A DNA stretch of 64,000 nucleotides, taken from assembly GCA_963831425.1 (NCBI GenBank), contig CAWHQC010000015.1:100821-164820 (forward strand), in the 5' to 3' direction. This DNA is from an uncultured Gemmatimonadales bacterium (GTDB taxonomy: Bacteria > Gemmatimonadota > Gemmatimonadetes > Gemmatimonadales > GWC2-71-9). The stretch's first letter is position 1. Every line of letters begins with the position of its first letter. Of the stretch, positions 49,433 through 59,078 are shown piece after piece. A model generated the notes under the pieces. The model did not search any database. It saw only the letters and a program-made list of their open reading frames with translations, and was not told the DNA's origin. Both the position numbers and the translations under genes were made by a program.

Positions 49433-49505
49433 GCTCACCTCTCACCTCTCACCTCTTACCTCTCACCTCTTACCTCTTACCTCTCATCCCTCACCGCTCA
49501 CCGCC
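49433..49505 (+). repeat. Tandem heptamer array (TCTCACC/TCTTACC)n, the inverted partner of 48912..48975.
   Basis: GCTCACC TCTCACC TCTCACC TCTTACC TCTCACC TCTTACC TCTTACC TCTCATCCC TCACCGCTCACC, read directly. Confidence 0.9.
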
Positions 49506-49855
49506 ATCACCAAACAGAGCCACCCCGCCAGAAACGCCACGCCGCCGATCGGCGTGATCGCCCCGAGCCAGCGGACCCCGGACAGTGCGAGCGCGTAGAG
49601 GCTTCCGCAAAAGAGCAGGGTGCCCAGGACGAAGAGCCAGCCGGCCCAGCCGATGAGCCCGCCCGGCCAGCGGGTGCCGGCCCACGCGGCCGCGAGCAGG
49701 GCCAGCGCGTGATACATCTGATAGCGTGCGGCCGTCTCGAAGACGGCGAGGAGCTCGGGCGAGAGCCGGGTCCGGAGAGCGTGGGCGCCAAAGGCGCCGG
49801 CCGCGACGGCGATGAAGGCGGACGCGGCTCCCAGGCCGAAGAAGAGTCGGTCCAT
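49484..49855 (-). CDS. DUF423 family membrane protein.
   Basis: MDRLFFGLGAASAFIAVAAGAFGAHALRTRLSPELLAVFETAARYQMYHALALLAAAW..WLFVLGTLLFCGSLYALALSG..LGAITPIGGVAFLAGW (inner Met of ORF 49484..50092). The last codons lie in the heptamer array. Confidence 0.75.
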   Translation of the reverse strand: MDRLFFGLGAASAFIAVAAGAFGAHALRTRLSPELLAVFETAARYQMYHALALLAAAWAGTRWPGGLIGWAGWLFVLGTLLFCGSLYALALSGVRWLGAITPIGGVAFLAGWLCLVMAVSGEG

Positions 49856-49860
49856 CGCGT

Positions 49861-50565
49861 CTAGCTCCCCCGTGTCGCCCGGGAGCCGGCGGCGAGCTCG
49901 GCCGGCGTGGCGGCGCGGTCGGCCCAGCCGGCGAGCAGGCCGAGGGCCAGGATGAAGATGATGTCGGCCACGGCCACGGTCGCGACGCTCGGCGGGGGCG
50001 GCCCCAGCATGGATGCGGCGTAGGTGGCCACGAGGATCAGCACCACGACGGCCAGCCGCGCCGGCCGGACCGGATGCCGGCGCGAGCGCCACGCCACGTA
50101 CACCACGATGCCCAGTGCGAGCATGATCAGCTCCGCGGCGACGCTGAGGCCCAGATGGCGCCAGAGACCGAGCCCGAGCTTGCCGGAGTCGTTGCCCGCC
50201 AGTGGAAGGTCGGGGACATGGACCAGCAGGTCGAGCAGCCAGTGGGAGAGCACGGTAGCGCCGACCAACGCGGCGGCTTGCCAGTGGCGCGTCACGTCGC
50301 GCGTGGGCCAGGAGTAGTAGAGCGCCGCCGCCGCCAGTCCCCAGGCGACCGCGCCGACCAGACTGTGGGAGATCGGATAATCGTAGAATTGAAGCGTCAG
50401 GAGCGGGTTGCTGTCCGGAAGAAAGCGCACGTGCTCCCAGCCCAGCAGCAGAAACGCGCCCCAGAGCAGGTCGAGCAGTTGGGTCGCGATGAAGAGCGTG
50501 CCGAGCGAGATCTTGGGCTCCGCCCGCTTGAGGGCGAGCGCCGCGCCGTAGTGTCCCAGGAACAT
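49861..50565 (-). CDS. Integral membrane hypothetical protein. Intact.
   Basis: MFLGHYGAALALKRAEPKISLGTLFIATQLLDLLWGAFLLLGWEHV..YPISHSLVGAVAWGL..VLSHWLLDLLVHVPDLPL.. has several TM segments (inner Met of ORF 49861..50580). Confidence 0.5.
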   Translation of the reverse strand: MFLGHYGAALALKRAEPKISLGTLFIATQLLDLLWGAFLLLGWEHVRFLPDSNPLLTLQFYDYPISHSLVGAVAWGLAAAALYYSWPTRDVTRHWQAAALVGATVLSHWLLDLLVHVPDLPLAGNDSGKLGLGLWRHLGLSVAAELIMLALGIVVYVAWRSRRHPVRPARLAVVVLILVATYAASMLGPPPPSVATVAVADIIFILALGLLAGWADRAATPAELAAGSRATRGS

Positions 50566-50566
50566 G

Positions 50567-51379
50567 TCAGGGCCTCCCACCCGCGAGCCAGGATCCGCCG
50601 TCCACCACGACGATCGCGCCGGTGATCCATTCGCCGGCGGGGCCGGCGAGAAACGCGACCATCTGCCCCACGTCGGCCGGCGTGCCCCAGCGCCCGAGCG
50701 GGATGGCGCGCGCCGCGTACTCGTCCATGAAGATGTCGGGCGCGCCGCCGTCCGGCGGGGTGAAGGCCTTCCGCACCCCCTCGGTCGGGATCGGGCCCGG
50801 GGCGACGGCGTTGACCGTGATCCGGTCGGCCGCCCATTCCAGGGCCAGGGTCCGGGTGAGCGCGTCCACGCCGGCCTTGGCCGCGGTAGCGTGCGCCATC
50901 AGCGGCCATCCCCGGTAGTGGAGCGTCATGGAGATCATCACGATACGGCCGCCGCCCTGCGCCTTCATCAGCGGATAGGCGGCCTGCGCGCAGTAGAAGC
51001 TGCCGTAGAGATCGGTCTCCACCACGGCGCGCCACGCATTCGGGCTGAGCGTCGCTGAGGGAGCGTAGAAGTTGCCCGCGGCGTTATTGACCAGGATGTC
51101 GAGCCGCCCGTGCTCGCCCGCGACCTGCTCGACCATCCGGGCCGCCGCCTCGGGCTCACGCACATTGGTCTGCACCGTGCTGACCCGCGCGCCCCCGGCC
51201 CTGAGTTCGGCGGCCGCCGGCTCCAGGTGTTCCGGCTTCCGGCTGGCGATGGCCACCGCGGCGCCCGCTTCGGCGAGACACGAGGCGATGCCGAGGCCGA
51301 TGCCGGTACCGCCGCCCGTCACCAGCGCCACCCGGCCAGCGAGCATTCCCGGCCGGAAGACGCCGCCGGCCGCGGTCAC
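50567..51379 (-). CDS. Short-chain dehydrogenase/reductase, 2,4-dienoyl-CoA reductase-like. Intact.
   Basis: [104 protein letters not shown]. Confidence 0.8.
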   Translation of the reverse strand: MTAAGGVFRPGMLAGRVALVTGGGTGIGLGIASCLAEAGAAVAIASRKPEHLEPAAAELRAGGARVSTVQTNVREPEAAARMVEQVAGEHGRLDILVNNAAGNFYAPSATLSPNAWRAVVETDLYGSFYCAQAAYPLMKAQGGGRIVMISMTLHYRGWPLMAHATAAKAGVDALTRTLALEWAADRITVNAVAPGPIPTEGVRKAFTPPDGGAPDIFMDEYAARAIPLGRWGTPADVGQMVAFLAGPAGEWITGAIVVVDGGSWLAGGRP

Positions 51380-52164
51380 TGACGGTCGGCGCGGGCGGCA
51401 ATGCGCGCGGCGAACCCCTCGAGCCGGCGGCGGAACTCGTCCGCCTGCAGCGCCTGCAACTGCGCGGCGCCCTCGGTGGCGAGCACCTGCTCGAGCGTGC
51501 CCATCTCCTGGGCCCGGACGAGCCGCTTGATGGCGCGGACGCTCGCCGTGGCGCCCGCGGTGAGGCGGCCGGCCAGCGCCGTGAGCTCGGCCTCGATGAC
51601 AGGGTCGTCCACGACTTCATCCACCAGGCCCATTGCGTGGGCGCGGATGGCGCCGATCGTCTCGCCCGCCAGCAGGATCCGGAGCGCCGGCCCGATCCCG
51701 ACCAGCCGCGGCAGGGTGAACGTCGAGCCGCCGTCGGGCACGAGCCCCATGCGGGCGAATGCGGACGTGAAGGTCGCGCTCGCACTGGCAAGGCGGAGGT
51801 CGCAGGCGAGCGCGAGGTCGAGACCGAAGCCCGCGGCGGTTCCCTCGACCACCGCGAGGACCGGCACCGGGCAGCGCACGACCGCGAGGATGGCGGCCTG
51901 GAAATCGGCCAGGCCGCGCTGAAGCTCGGCCACGGGGGGAGCGTCACCCAGACTGCGGAGCCAGTGGAGGTCGAGCCCGGCGGAGAAGTGCCCGCCGGCG
52001 CCACGGAGGATCACCAGCTCCGCGACGCCCATCTCCTCGACCTCGTCGAGCGCGTCCGCGATGGCTCGGGCCAGCTCGGGAACGAGCGCGTTGCGACGGG
52101 CCGGCCGGTTGATGGTGAGCCGGTGGACCTCACCGTCGGCGCGGGACAGCAGCTCCTGGGGCAT
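51376..52164 (-). CDS. Enoyl-CoA hydratase/isomerase family protein. Intact.
   Basis: [99 protein letters not shown] (C-terminal part of ORF 51376..52743). Confidence 0.8.
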   Translation of the reverse strand: MPQELLSRADGEVHRLTINRPARRNALVPELARAIADALDEVEEMGVAELVILRGAGGHFSAGLDLHWLRSLGDAPPVAELQRGLADFQAAILAVVRCPVPVLAVVEGTAAGFGLDLALACDLRLASASATFTSAFARMGLVPDGGSTFTLPRLVGIGPALRILLAGETIGAIRAHAMGLVDEVVDDPVIEAELTALAGRLTAGATASVRAIKRLVRAQEMGTLEQVLATEGAAQLQALQADEFRRRLEGFAARIAARADRQ

Positions 52165-52180
52165 CGGTCCGAAGTATACG

Positions 52181-53079
52181 TCAGCCGGCGTCGGCCGGCA
52201 CCGCCATCCCCATCGCGTGAAAGCCGTTGTCCACGTAAACGATGGTGCCGGTGATCGCCGAGGCGAGGGGCTCGACAGGAACGCGGCGGCGTGACCCACG
52301 TCCGCGGCGTCGATCGGGCGGGGCAGCGGCGAGTTGGCCGCGGTATACTGGATCATCGTGTCGATGAAGCCGATCGCCGTGGCGGCGCGCGACGCCCAGG
52401 GTCCGGCGGAGATCGCGTTGACGCGGACCCCCCAGCGGCGGCCCGCCTCGAACGCCAGCGTGCGCGTGTCGGCCTCGAGCGCCGCCTTGGCCGACGACAT
52501 GCCGCCGCCGTAGCCGGGGATGACCCGTTCGCCCGCCAGGTAGGTAAGCGAGAGGAACGCGCCGCCGGGCCGCATCAGGGGGGCCAGATGCCGGACCACG
52601 AGACGTAGCTGTACGCGCTCACGCCGATGGCGGCGAGGTAACCCTTGCGGCTGGTGTCCACCAGGGGCGACTTGACCTCGGGGCCGTTGGCCAGGCTGTG
52701 CACGACGATGTCGAGCGCCGGCCTCGCCGAAGTCCTGCCGCATGCCGCTCGGTCAGCCCGTGGATGGTGAAGTCGCCGTGCTCCTTGTAGCGCTTGTTCT
52801 CGCGGATCTCGTCCGGAGCCTCGGCGAGGGTGTCGAACGCCGCGTCGAGCGGATAGATCCGCTCGAACTCGAGGTGCCGTCCGTCGCTGAGCCGCATCGA
52901 GTCGTTCATCTTGCCGCGCTCGAGCAGCTTGGTGAAGATCCCGAGCGCCGGCGGCCAGCTGCCGACGCAGACGAGGCCCCCGCCTCCGCGAGTGCCTTGG
53001 CGATCGCGAACCCGAAGCCGCCGTCGTCGGAGACGCCGGCCACCAGGGCGCGCTTGCCGGTCAGGTCGATGGGGAGCAT
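52181..53079 (-). CDS. fabI: Enoyl-[acyl-carrier-protein] reductase (NADH) FabI, long form, at least 4 frameshifts as assembled.
   Basis: [35 protein letters not shown] lies in ORF 52906..53124. [52 protein letters not shown] lies in ORF 52619..52909. [56 protein letters not shown] lies in ORF 51376..52743. The C-terminus [17 protein letters not shown] is in another frame. Confidence 0.8.
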
Positions 53080-53088
53080 GGGGGCTTT

Positions 53089-53116
53089 CGTGAGTCGTGG
53101 GTCGTGAGTCGTGGGT
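53089..53116 (+). repeat. Tandem 14-mer x2, CGTGAGTCGTGGGT (7-nt sub-period GTGRGTC).
   Basis: Read directly, in the 55-nt spacer between the fabI start and the ABC permease stop. Confidence 0.8.
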
Positions 53117-53134
53117 CCGAGCAAGTATATCCCT

Positions 53135-55681
53135 TCATTCCCCCCGCAGCACCTCGAGCGGCGGGCGGCGGATCACCTCGCGGCTGTTGGCCAGGCCCAC
53201 CGCCACCGTAAGGCCGACGACGGCCGCGCCGAGCCCGGCGAGCGGCAGCAGCGGCAAGCTGAACTTTCCGTCGAACACGAACCGCGCGAGCGCCCAGCCC
53301 GCCACGCCGGACAGCAGCAGCGCCACCACGGCGGCCAGCGCGCCGAGCGAAAGATATTCCGAGAGCACGACACGGAAGAGCTGGCCGCGGGTCGCACCGA
53401 GCGTCCGCAGCAGCGCGCCCTCCCGTACCCGCTGGAACCGGCTCGTCGCCAGCGCGCCGATCAGCACCACCGCACCGGTCCCCAGCGTGAACAGGGCCAT
53501 GAACCGGATCGCCAGCACCACGCGATCGATGAGCCGCTCGAGCGTTTCCTGCACGGCGGACAGGTCCACCGTGGTCACGTTGGGCCACCGCTCGGCGATG
53601 CGGCGCTGGAGGGCGCCCCGGGCGGCCGCACTCTCGACGCGGGTGAGCAGCGCGAAGGTCTGGGGCGCCTGCTCGAGCGCGCCCGGCGCGAACACCGCGA
53701 AGAAGTTGGGCTCGAACCGGGCCCAGTCCACCTCGCGAAGGCTCGCGACCCGGGTCGCGAGCGGCACGCCCTGGATGTCCCACACGATCCGGTCGCCCAC
53801 GCCCACCCCGAGCTCCCCGGCCAGGTCGCGCTCGACGGAGACTTCGGGCTCCGCGGCCCCGGGAGTCCACCACCGCCCGGCCACGATCCGCTCGGATGCG
53901 ACGAGCGTGTCGCGGTAGGTGGACCGGTACTCGCGGCGGAGAGCCCAGGCGCTCGCGGGACCGGTGCCGTCCCGTCCACCCGCGGTGTCCGCCAGCGCGA
54001 GCGTGACCGGCCGGCCCTTGATCGACTGGATCCGCATCGGCACGATGGGCACCGGCCCCACGGCCCGATAGCCCCCGGCCCGGAGCTCCTGCTCGGTGCC
54101 GGCGAGCTGGTCGGGCTGGATGTCGAACAGGACCAGATCGGGACGCGCAGGGCCGCCGGTGAGTCGAAGGGTGCGGAGCAGATTGTCCTGCACGAGAAAC
54201 ACTGTCGCGAGCAGGAAGGCGCCAAAGCCGATCGCCAGCACGATGGTGGTGGTCTGGTTGGATGGCCGGTGCAGGTTGGCCACTCCCTGACGCCAGGCGT
54301 AGGGCCACGTGCCCGGAAGCCAACGGCGCGCGGCGCGGGTCAGGGCCCACGCCGCGCCCCACAGCAGCAGCAACGCGATCCCGATGCCGCCGGAGAACAT
54401 CGCTCCCTGGCGCCAGCTCCCGACCTGCAATGCCGCCAGCGCGACGGTGCTGGCGGCGAGCGCCGCGAGCGTCGCGAGCCGCCATGGATCGAGTCGGGCG
54501 TGCGTCGGCACCACCTCCCGGCGTAGCGCGGCGAGCGGCGGCACCCGGCGCACCGCGAGCAACGGCGGCAGCGCGAAGATGAGCGCCACCCAGAGCCCCA
54601 TCCCGATCCCGAGCGCCACGGCGCGCGGCGACACCGCCGTGTGCACGTCCACCGGCAGGAGTCCCGCCAATAGCCCCGGAAGCGCCCGCTGGGCGAGGGC
54701 GCCGAGTGCCGCACCCGCGGCGCTGCCGACAAGCCCCATGGCGGCGGCCTCGAGTCCGTAGATGGCGAGCACCCGGCCGGCGCTCGCGCCGAGGCAGCGG
54801 AGAACCGCTACGGTATCGAGCCGCTGGCGGATGAAGACGACGATCGCGCTCGCGACGCCCATCCCTCCGAGCAGCAGCGCGATGAGCCCCACGAGCCCGA
54901 GATAGCCGGTGAGGCGTCCAAGCGCATCGTTCAGGTTGGCCTGGTCCTCGGCGACCGTGCGAACCCGTACGCGCTCCGGCTGGAGCACGGGCCGATACCG
55001 CCGGGCCAGCGCCTGGGGCGACACTCCGGAGGGAAGCCGCACGAACGCTTCGTACTCGGCGCGCGCGCCGAAGCCGAGGAGATGGGTGGCGGCGAGGTTC
55101 TGCGCGGGAATGTAGATGCGGGGGCCGAACGCCGCGCGGACACCGACGTTGCCGGGGGCGCTCGCCACGCTGCCGGCGATGACGAAGCGTGCGTCGCCGA
55201 GCGCGAGCGTGTCACCCACGCGTGCGTTCAGCGCCGTCAGGAGCGAGGGATCCACCACCACGCGGCCGCCCTGCTGCAGCCCGGACCATGCCTCCGCGGG
55301 ATCGGTTCGGATCTCGCCGTAGAATGGGTAGCCCGGCTCGACCGCGGCCACCTGCACGAGCCGGGTGCCGCTGGTGCGCGGCACGTAGGCCATCGCGGAG
55401 AAGCTCGTGAGCCTCGCGACGCGGCCGCCCCGCCGAGCCAGCGTGTCGAGCACCGCCTCGGCGGCCCCCGGGAGCGGCTGGCGGGCGGAGAGGGCGAAGT
55501 CGGCGCCGAGCAGCGCCCGCGCCTGGCCGCGGACGGAGTCGCGCAGGTTGTCGGCGAACGAACCGATGGCCACGAGCGCGGCGACGCCGATGGCCACCGA
55601 GGCGGTGAGCAGCAGCAGCCGGCGGGGGGCGGCGCGGATTTCCCGGGCCGCCATACGCAGCACGAAGGGAATACCGGTCAC
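53135..55681 (-). CDS. ABC transporter permease, FtsX/MacB-like with duplicated 4-TM modules (YbbP-like). Intact, 848 aa.
   Basis: The ORF is intact. ..[37 protein letters not shown].., with two FtsX-type TM bundles separated by large loops. It overlaps the upstream ATPase gene by 4 nt. Confidence 0.8.
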   Translation of the reverse strand: MTGIPFVLRMAAREIRAAPRRLLLLTASVAIGVAALVAIGSFADNLRDSVRGQARALLGADFALSARQPLPGAAEAVLDTLARRGGRVARLTSFSAMAYVPRTSGTRLVQVAAVEPGYPFYGEIRTDPAEAWSGLQQGGRVVVDPSLLTALNARVGDTLALGDARFVIAGSVASAPGNVGVRAAFGPRIYIPAQNLAATHLLGFGARAEYEAFVRLPSGVSPQALARRYRPVLQPERVRVRTVAEDQANLNDALGRLTGYLGLVGLIALLLGGMGVASAIVVFIRQRLDTVAVLRCLGASAGRVLAIYGLEAAAMGLVGSAAGAALGALAQRALPGLLAGLLPVDVHTAVSPRAVALGIGMGLWVALIFALPPLLAVRRVPPLAALRREVVPTHARLDPWRLATLAALAASTVALAALQVGSWRQGAMFSGGIGIALLLLWGAAWALTRAARRWLPGTWPYAWRQGVANLHRPSNQTTTIVLAIGFGAFLLATVFLVQDNLLRTLRLTGGPARPDLVLFDIQPDQLAGTEQELRAGGYRAVGPVPIVPMRIQSIKGRPVTLALADTAGGRDGTGPASAWALRREYRSTYRDTLVASERIVAGRWWTPGAAEPEVSVERDLAGELGVGVGDRIVWDIQGVPLATRVASLREVDWARFEPNFFAVFAPGALEQAPQTFALLTRVESAAARGALQRRIAERWPNVTTVDLSAVQETLERLIDRVVLAIRFMALFTLGTGAVVLIGALATSRFQRVREGALLRTLGATRGQLFRVVLSEYLSLGALAAVVALLLSGVAGWALARFVFDGKFSLPLLPLAGLGAAVVGLTVAVGLANSREVIRRPPLEVLRGE

Positions 55682-56346
55682 GCCGCGCTGTCGGCCACGA
55701 TGGCCCCGTCGGCCAGACGGATGGTGCGCCGGGCGAGCGCGGCGAGATCGTGATCGTGGGTCACCAGGACGAGCGTCGTGCCCAGATCCCGGTTGAGCTC
55801 CGTCATGAGCTCGATGATGGTCGCGCCCGTCCCGGCGTCCAGATTGCCGGTCGGCTCGTCCGCGAGCAGCACCCGCGGACGCGTGCTGAACGCGCGTGCG
55901 AGGGCGACACGCTGCTGTTCGCCGCCGGAGAGCTGGGCCGGGTAGTGGTGGCCGCGGCCGCCGAGGCCGACCCGCTCGAGCAACTCGGCGGCGCGAGCGA
56001 CGGCCGGCTCGCCGCGGAGCTCGAGCGGGACCTGCACGTTCTCGAGGGCGGTGAGGGTCGGGATAAGCTGGAAGGCCTGGAAGACGAAGCCGATCTTTTC
56101 GCCGCGCAGGCGCGCCAGGCGCTCCTCGTCGAGCGCGCCAAGCTCCTCGCCGTCGAGGTGCACCGTGCCGGCACTCGGCCGATCGAGGCCCGCCAGCAGA
56201 CCGAGCAGCGTGGTCTTGCCGCTGCCCGACGGTCCCACGATGGCGACGAACGAGCCGGACTCGATACGGAACGTGATATCCTTCAGCACGGTCAGCTGGC
56301 GGCCACCGGAAAGATAGGTTTTCGTGAGCGAGGCGCAGCGCAGCAT
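55678..56346 (-). CDS. ABC transporter ATP-binding protein (YbbA/LolD-like). Intact.
   Basis: MLRCASLTKTYLSGGRQLTVLKDITFRIESGSFVAIVGPSGSGKTTLLGLLAGLD..FVFQAFQLIPTLTALENV..LSGGEQQRVALARAF..LLADEPTGNLD (inner Met of ORF 55678..56757). Confidence 0.9.
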   Translation of the reverse strand: MLRCASLTKTYLSGGRQLTVLKDITFRIESGSFVAIVGPSGSGKTTLLGLLAGLDRPSAGTVHLDGEELGALDEERLARLRGEKIGFVFQAFQLIPTLTALENVQVPLELRGEPAVARAAELLERVGLGGRGHHYPAQLSGGEQQRVALARAFSTRPRVLLADEPTGNLDAGTGATIIELMTELNRDLGTTLVLVTHDHDLAALARRTIRLADGAIVADSAA

Positions 56347-57079
56347 GGTCTCAATGATATCCCGGTGGGGAGGGCTCGGTCTGCTGGTGATCGCGGCCGC
56401 GGCGTGCGACCGGACACCGGCGCCTCCGGCCGCGGCGCCGCCGCCCGCGGGATCGGCGGCAGCCGCGGCCGACTCGCGCGGCCGCGTGGTCTTTCTCGGC
56501 ACGAGCCTCACGGCGGGGCTGGGCCTCGATCCGGCCAAGGCATATCCCGCGCTGCTGCAGCGGAAGATCGACTCCGCCGGGCTGCCCCTCACCGTGGTCA
56601 ATGCCGGCGTGAGCGGCGAGACCTCGGCGGGTGCGCGGCGGCGCATCGATTGGCTCATGCGGGAGCCGGCGGCCGTGCTGGTGATCGAGACCGGCGCGAA
56701 CGACGCGCTTCGCGGGCTCGACGTGGACTCGATGGTAGCCAACATCCAGGCGATCATCGACCGCGCGCGGCAACAGGTGCCGCCACCGGAAATCGTGCTG
56801 ATCGGGATGCGCGCGCCGCCGAATCTCGGCGCTGCCTACGTTCGACGGTTCGACGCGGCCTACGCCACTCTGGCCCGACGGAACCGGGTAGCGCTGGTGC
56901 CGTTCCTGCTCGAGGGGGTGGCGGGGGTCGACTCGCTCAACCAGGCCGACGCCATTCACCCGACGGCAGCAGGACAGCGAAAGCTGGCGGAGACGGTGTG
57001 GCCGGAGGTGAAGCGGGCAGGCGGTCGCGCGGTCGGGCGGGCGGAAGGTCAGGCGGGCAGGCGGTCAGGGCCTTCCTGA
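56345..57079 (+). CDS. SGNH/GDSL arylesterase-lysophospholipase (TesA-like) lipoprotein. The C-terminal about 20 codons are supplied by a hairpin repeat.
   Basis: ..GLGLLVIAAAAC.. then VVFLGTSLTAGLGL..VNAGVSGETSAG..VIETGANDALRG..ADAIHPTAAGQRKLAE (ORF 56324..57079). It is divergent from the ABC pair, as in the E. coli tesA/ybbA/ybbP arrangement. Confidence 0.8.
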   Translation: MVSMISRWGGLGLLVIAAAACDRTPAPPAAAPPPAGSAAAAADSRGRVVFLGTSLTAGLGLDPAKAYPALLQRKIDSAGLPLTVVNAGVSGETSAGARRRIDWLMREPAAVLVIETGANDALRGLDVDSMVANIQAIIDRARQQVPPPEIVLIGMRAPPNLGAAYVRRFDAAYATLARRNRVALVPFLLEGVAGVDSLNQADAIHPTAAGQRKLAETVWPEVKRAGGRAVGRAEGQAGRRSGPS

Positions 57080-57117
57080 ACTTGGGTCCGACCGTCCGAC
57101 CGCCGATCGCCGGCCGC
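57013..57117. repeat. Hairpin element with 8-nt periodic G-rich arm (GCGGKCRG units) and a shorter complementary arm. Same family as 24772..24852.
   Basis: GCGGGCAGGCGGTCGCGCGGTCGGGCGGGCGGAAGGTCAGGCGGGCAGGCGGTCAGGG, loop CCTTCCTGAACTTGGG, then TCCGACCGTCCGACCGCCGATCGCCGGCCGC. It lies between the convergent lipase and aminotransferase genes. Confidence 0.7.
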
Positions 57118-58318
57118 TTACCCCCGCAGCACCTCCCCCAAGTCCCCACCGCCGCATCGATCTCGGCGGCCGTGTTGTAGTAATGGGGTGAGATCCGGAG
57201 CGCGGACGCGGCCTGCTTTTCGTCCATGTCGATGACCGCGTCCTCTCGGCCGGGCGAGCTCGTGTTGATCCCGCGCGCCCGCAGGGCCAGCTTGAGCTCG
57301 GTGGCGGGGCGGCCGGCGGGCTCGACGGTGACGATGGCGCAGAGGTCGGCGCCCCGATCGAGTACCCGAACGCCCGGCAGCTCCGCCAGCCGGACCCGGG
57401 CGTAGGCGGCCAGGGCTCGAGCGCGGTCTCGCGCGGTCTCGATGCCGACGCCGAGCGCGTAGCGGGCCGCGGCACCCACGCCGAGCACCAGCGCGGACGA
57501 GATTTCCCACAGCTCGAACCGGCGCGCGTCAGGCGTCAGCTCGAACCGGTCCGGATCTACCCAATCGGCGCCGTGCATGTCCACCAGGAGTGGGTGCGCG
57601 CCGGCCGCGAGCACCCGGTCGGAGGCGTAGAGGAAGCCGACGCCCCGCGGCCCACGGAGGAACTTGCGTGAGGTGGCGGCCAGGTAGTCGCACCCGATCG
57701 TCCCGACGTCGATCGGGATCTGCCCCACCGCCTGACAGGCGTCCACCAGGTAGGGACCGCGGCCGAGCGGCATGCCTCGCCCACCGCAGCAACGTCCTGC
57801 ACCAGGCCCGAGTTGGTCGGCACCCACGTGACGGCCACCAGCTTTGGCCGCTGCTGCCGGATCAGTCCGCGCACCGCGTCCGGATCCATGCCACCTTCGG
57901 CGAGGTCCGGCGCGCGCACGACCCGGACGCCCCGGCGGCGGGCCAGTGACAGGTACATGATCTGGTTGGAGGCGTAGTCGGCCCGGCTGGTGAGGATGAC
58001 GTCGCCCGGGGCAAAGTCGAAGCCGCCGAGCGCCTGGGCAAAGGCGGCGGTCGAGTTCTGGGTGAAGGCGATGTTGCGCCGCGCCGCTCCCAGCAGCCGG
58101 GCCACGCCCTCCGCTGCCTCCCGGAGCGCTCCAGCGCGATGCTCCATGGCCTCGTACCCGCCCAGATCGTCCTCCAGGTCGAGATGAGCGTCCACCGCCT
58201 CGCGAACAGGACGCGGGACCAGGGATGCGCCGGCGTTATTGAGATGGATGCGCCGCTCGCAACCGGGGGTATCGGCCCGCCAGCGAGCCACATCCGGCGA
58301 ATCGGCCGGCGGCTTCAT
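57118..58318 (-). CDS. Class V aminotransferase (cysteine desulfurase/isopenicillin N epimerase-like), 2 frameshifts (about 57790 and about 57145).
   Basis: MKPPADSPDVARWRADTPGCERRIHLNNAGASLVPRPV..IAFTQNSTAAFAQAL..VAVTWVPTNSGLVQDV lies in ORF 57557..58381. YLVDACQAVGQIPIDVGTIGCDYLAATSRKFLRGPRGVGFLY..ALRISPHYYNTAAEIDAAV lies in ORF 56937..57827. GDLGEVLRG-stop follows a shift in a G4 run. Confidence 0.8.
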
Positions 58319-58970
58319 GAGGGGGGCGTCCCCAGCCGGCCGGCCGTCCACGCCTCCAGCTCGGCGAGGCCGCGCCGCCACTGGTCCTCGAACACTGCAG
58401 CGGCGCTGTCACGACCACCCGCGCGCAAGGCGCGGAGGATCTTCGCATGGGGTAGCGTCGAGAGGCTCAGGCGGCCGGCATCGCGCATGTAGGCGGCGAG
58501 ATAGCGTCGCGGCACCTGACGCAGTGAGGCGATCAGCTCCAGCAGCCGCCGGTTGGGACAGGTCTGGAGGAGCACCCGGTGCCACTCGTCCTCGATGTCG
58601 AGGCACGCGGTAACGTCACCCCTGGTCTGCTCGAGGCGCCGGTCCAGCTCGGCCAGGTAGTCGAGCCGGTCCGGGGCAGCTCGGAGGAGAGCCGGAGCGC
58701 CAGGGACTCGAGGGTGCCGAGGATGGCGCCGACCTCTTGGAGCTCGGAGGCATCAAGCGACCGTACCCGGAAGCCTCGGCCCATGCTGTTCTCGAGGACC
58801 CCATCGCGCGCCAGGCGGAGCAGGGCCTCGCGGACCGGCGTTCGGCTCACGCCAAGCTGGGCCGCGAGCTCGGAGTCGCGGAGGCGGACACCCGCGGGCA
58901 GACTGCCGCGGTGGATGCGGTCGAGCACCTGGCGGTAAACTTCGTCGCGCAACGGGACTCGTGCTATCAT
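58315..58970 (-). CDS. GntR-family (FadR/FCD-type) transcriptional regulator, 2 frameshifts.
   Basis: MIARVPLRDEVYRQVLDRIHRGSLPAGVRLRDSELAAQLGVSRTPVREALLRLARDGVLENSMGRGFRV lies in ORF 58533..59267. LLQTCPNRRLLELIASLRQVPRRYLAAYM..HAKILRALRAGGRDSAAAVFEDQW lies in ORF 58315..58575. The stop overlaps the aminotransferase start (ATGA). Confidence 0.8.
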
Positions 58971-59018
58971 GGTGAACCGTGATCGCGGGGTAGACGGGGC
59001 GCCGAAATCGTATGCGAG

Positions 59019-59034
59019 ATTCTGTATACGGTAT
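59019..59034. promoter_or_regulatory. Imperfect 16-bp palindrome ATTCTGTATACGGTAT centred on GTATAC, a candidate GntR operator.
   Basis: 12 of 16 positions are self-complementary. It lies in the 108-nt divergent region between gntR (58970) and the secreted-protein gene (59079). FadR-subfamily GntR operators are typically short palindromes of the ..GT-N-AC.. type. Confidence 0.3.
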
Positions 59035-59078
59035 GTAGAAGGGCGACCTTTGGCAAGGTGAACCACAATGAGGACCAT

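Larger units (their letters stand above)
48912..49505. mobile_element. About 590-bp cassette: a four-helix-bundle gene flanked by inverted arrays of tandem heptamers.
   Basis: A left array of about 9 GGTGAGA units lies at 48912..48975. A right array of about 9 TCTCACC/TCTTACC units lies at 49433..49505. The cassette sits between the convergent 3' ends of ctaG and the DUF423 gene. Confidence 0.65.

Noticed and set aside
48912-49505. Heptamer arrays considered as a possible CRISPR array.
   Set aside because: The units are 7 nt and directly abutting, with no spacers. The two arrays are inverted complements flanking a gene. No cas genes are present.
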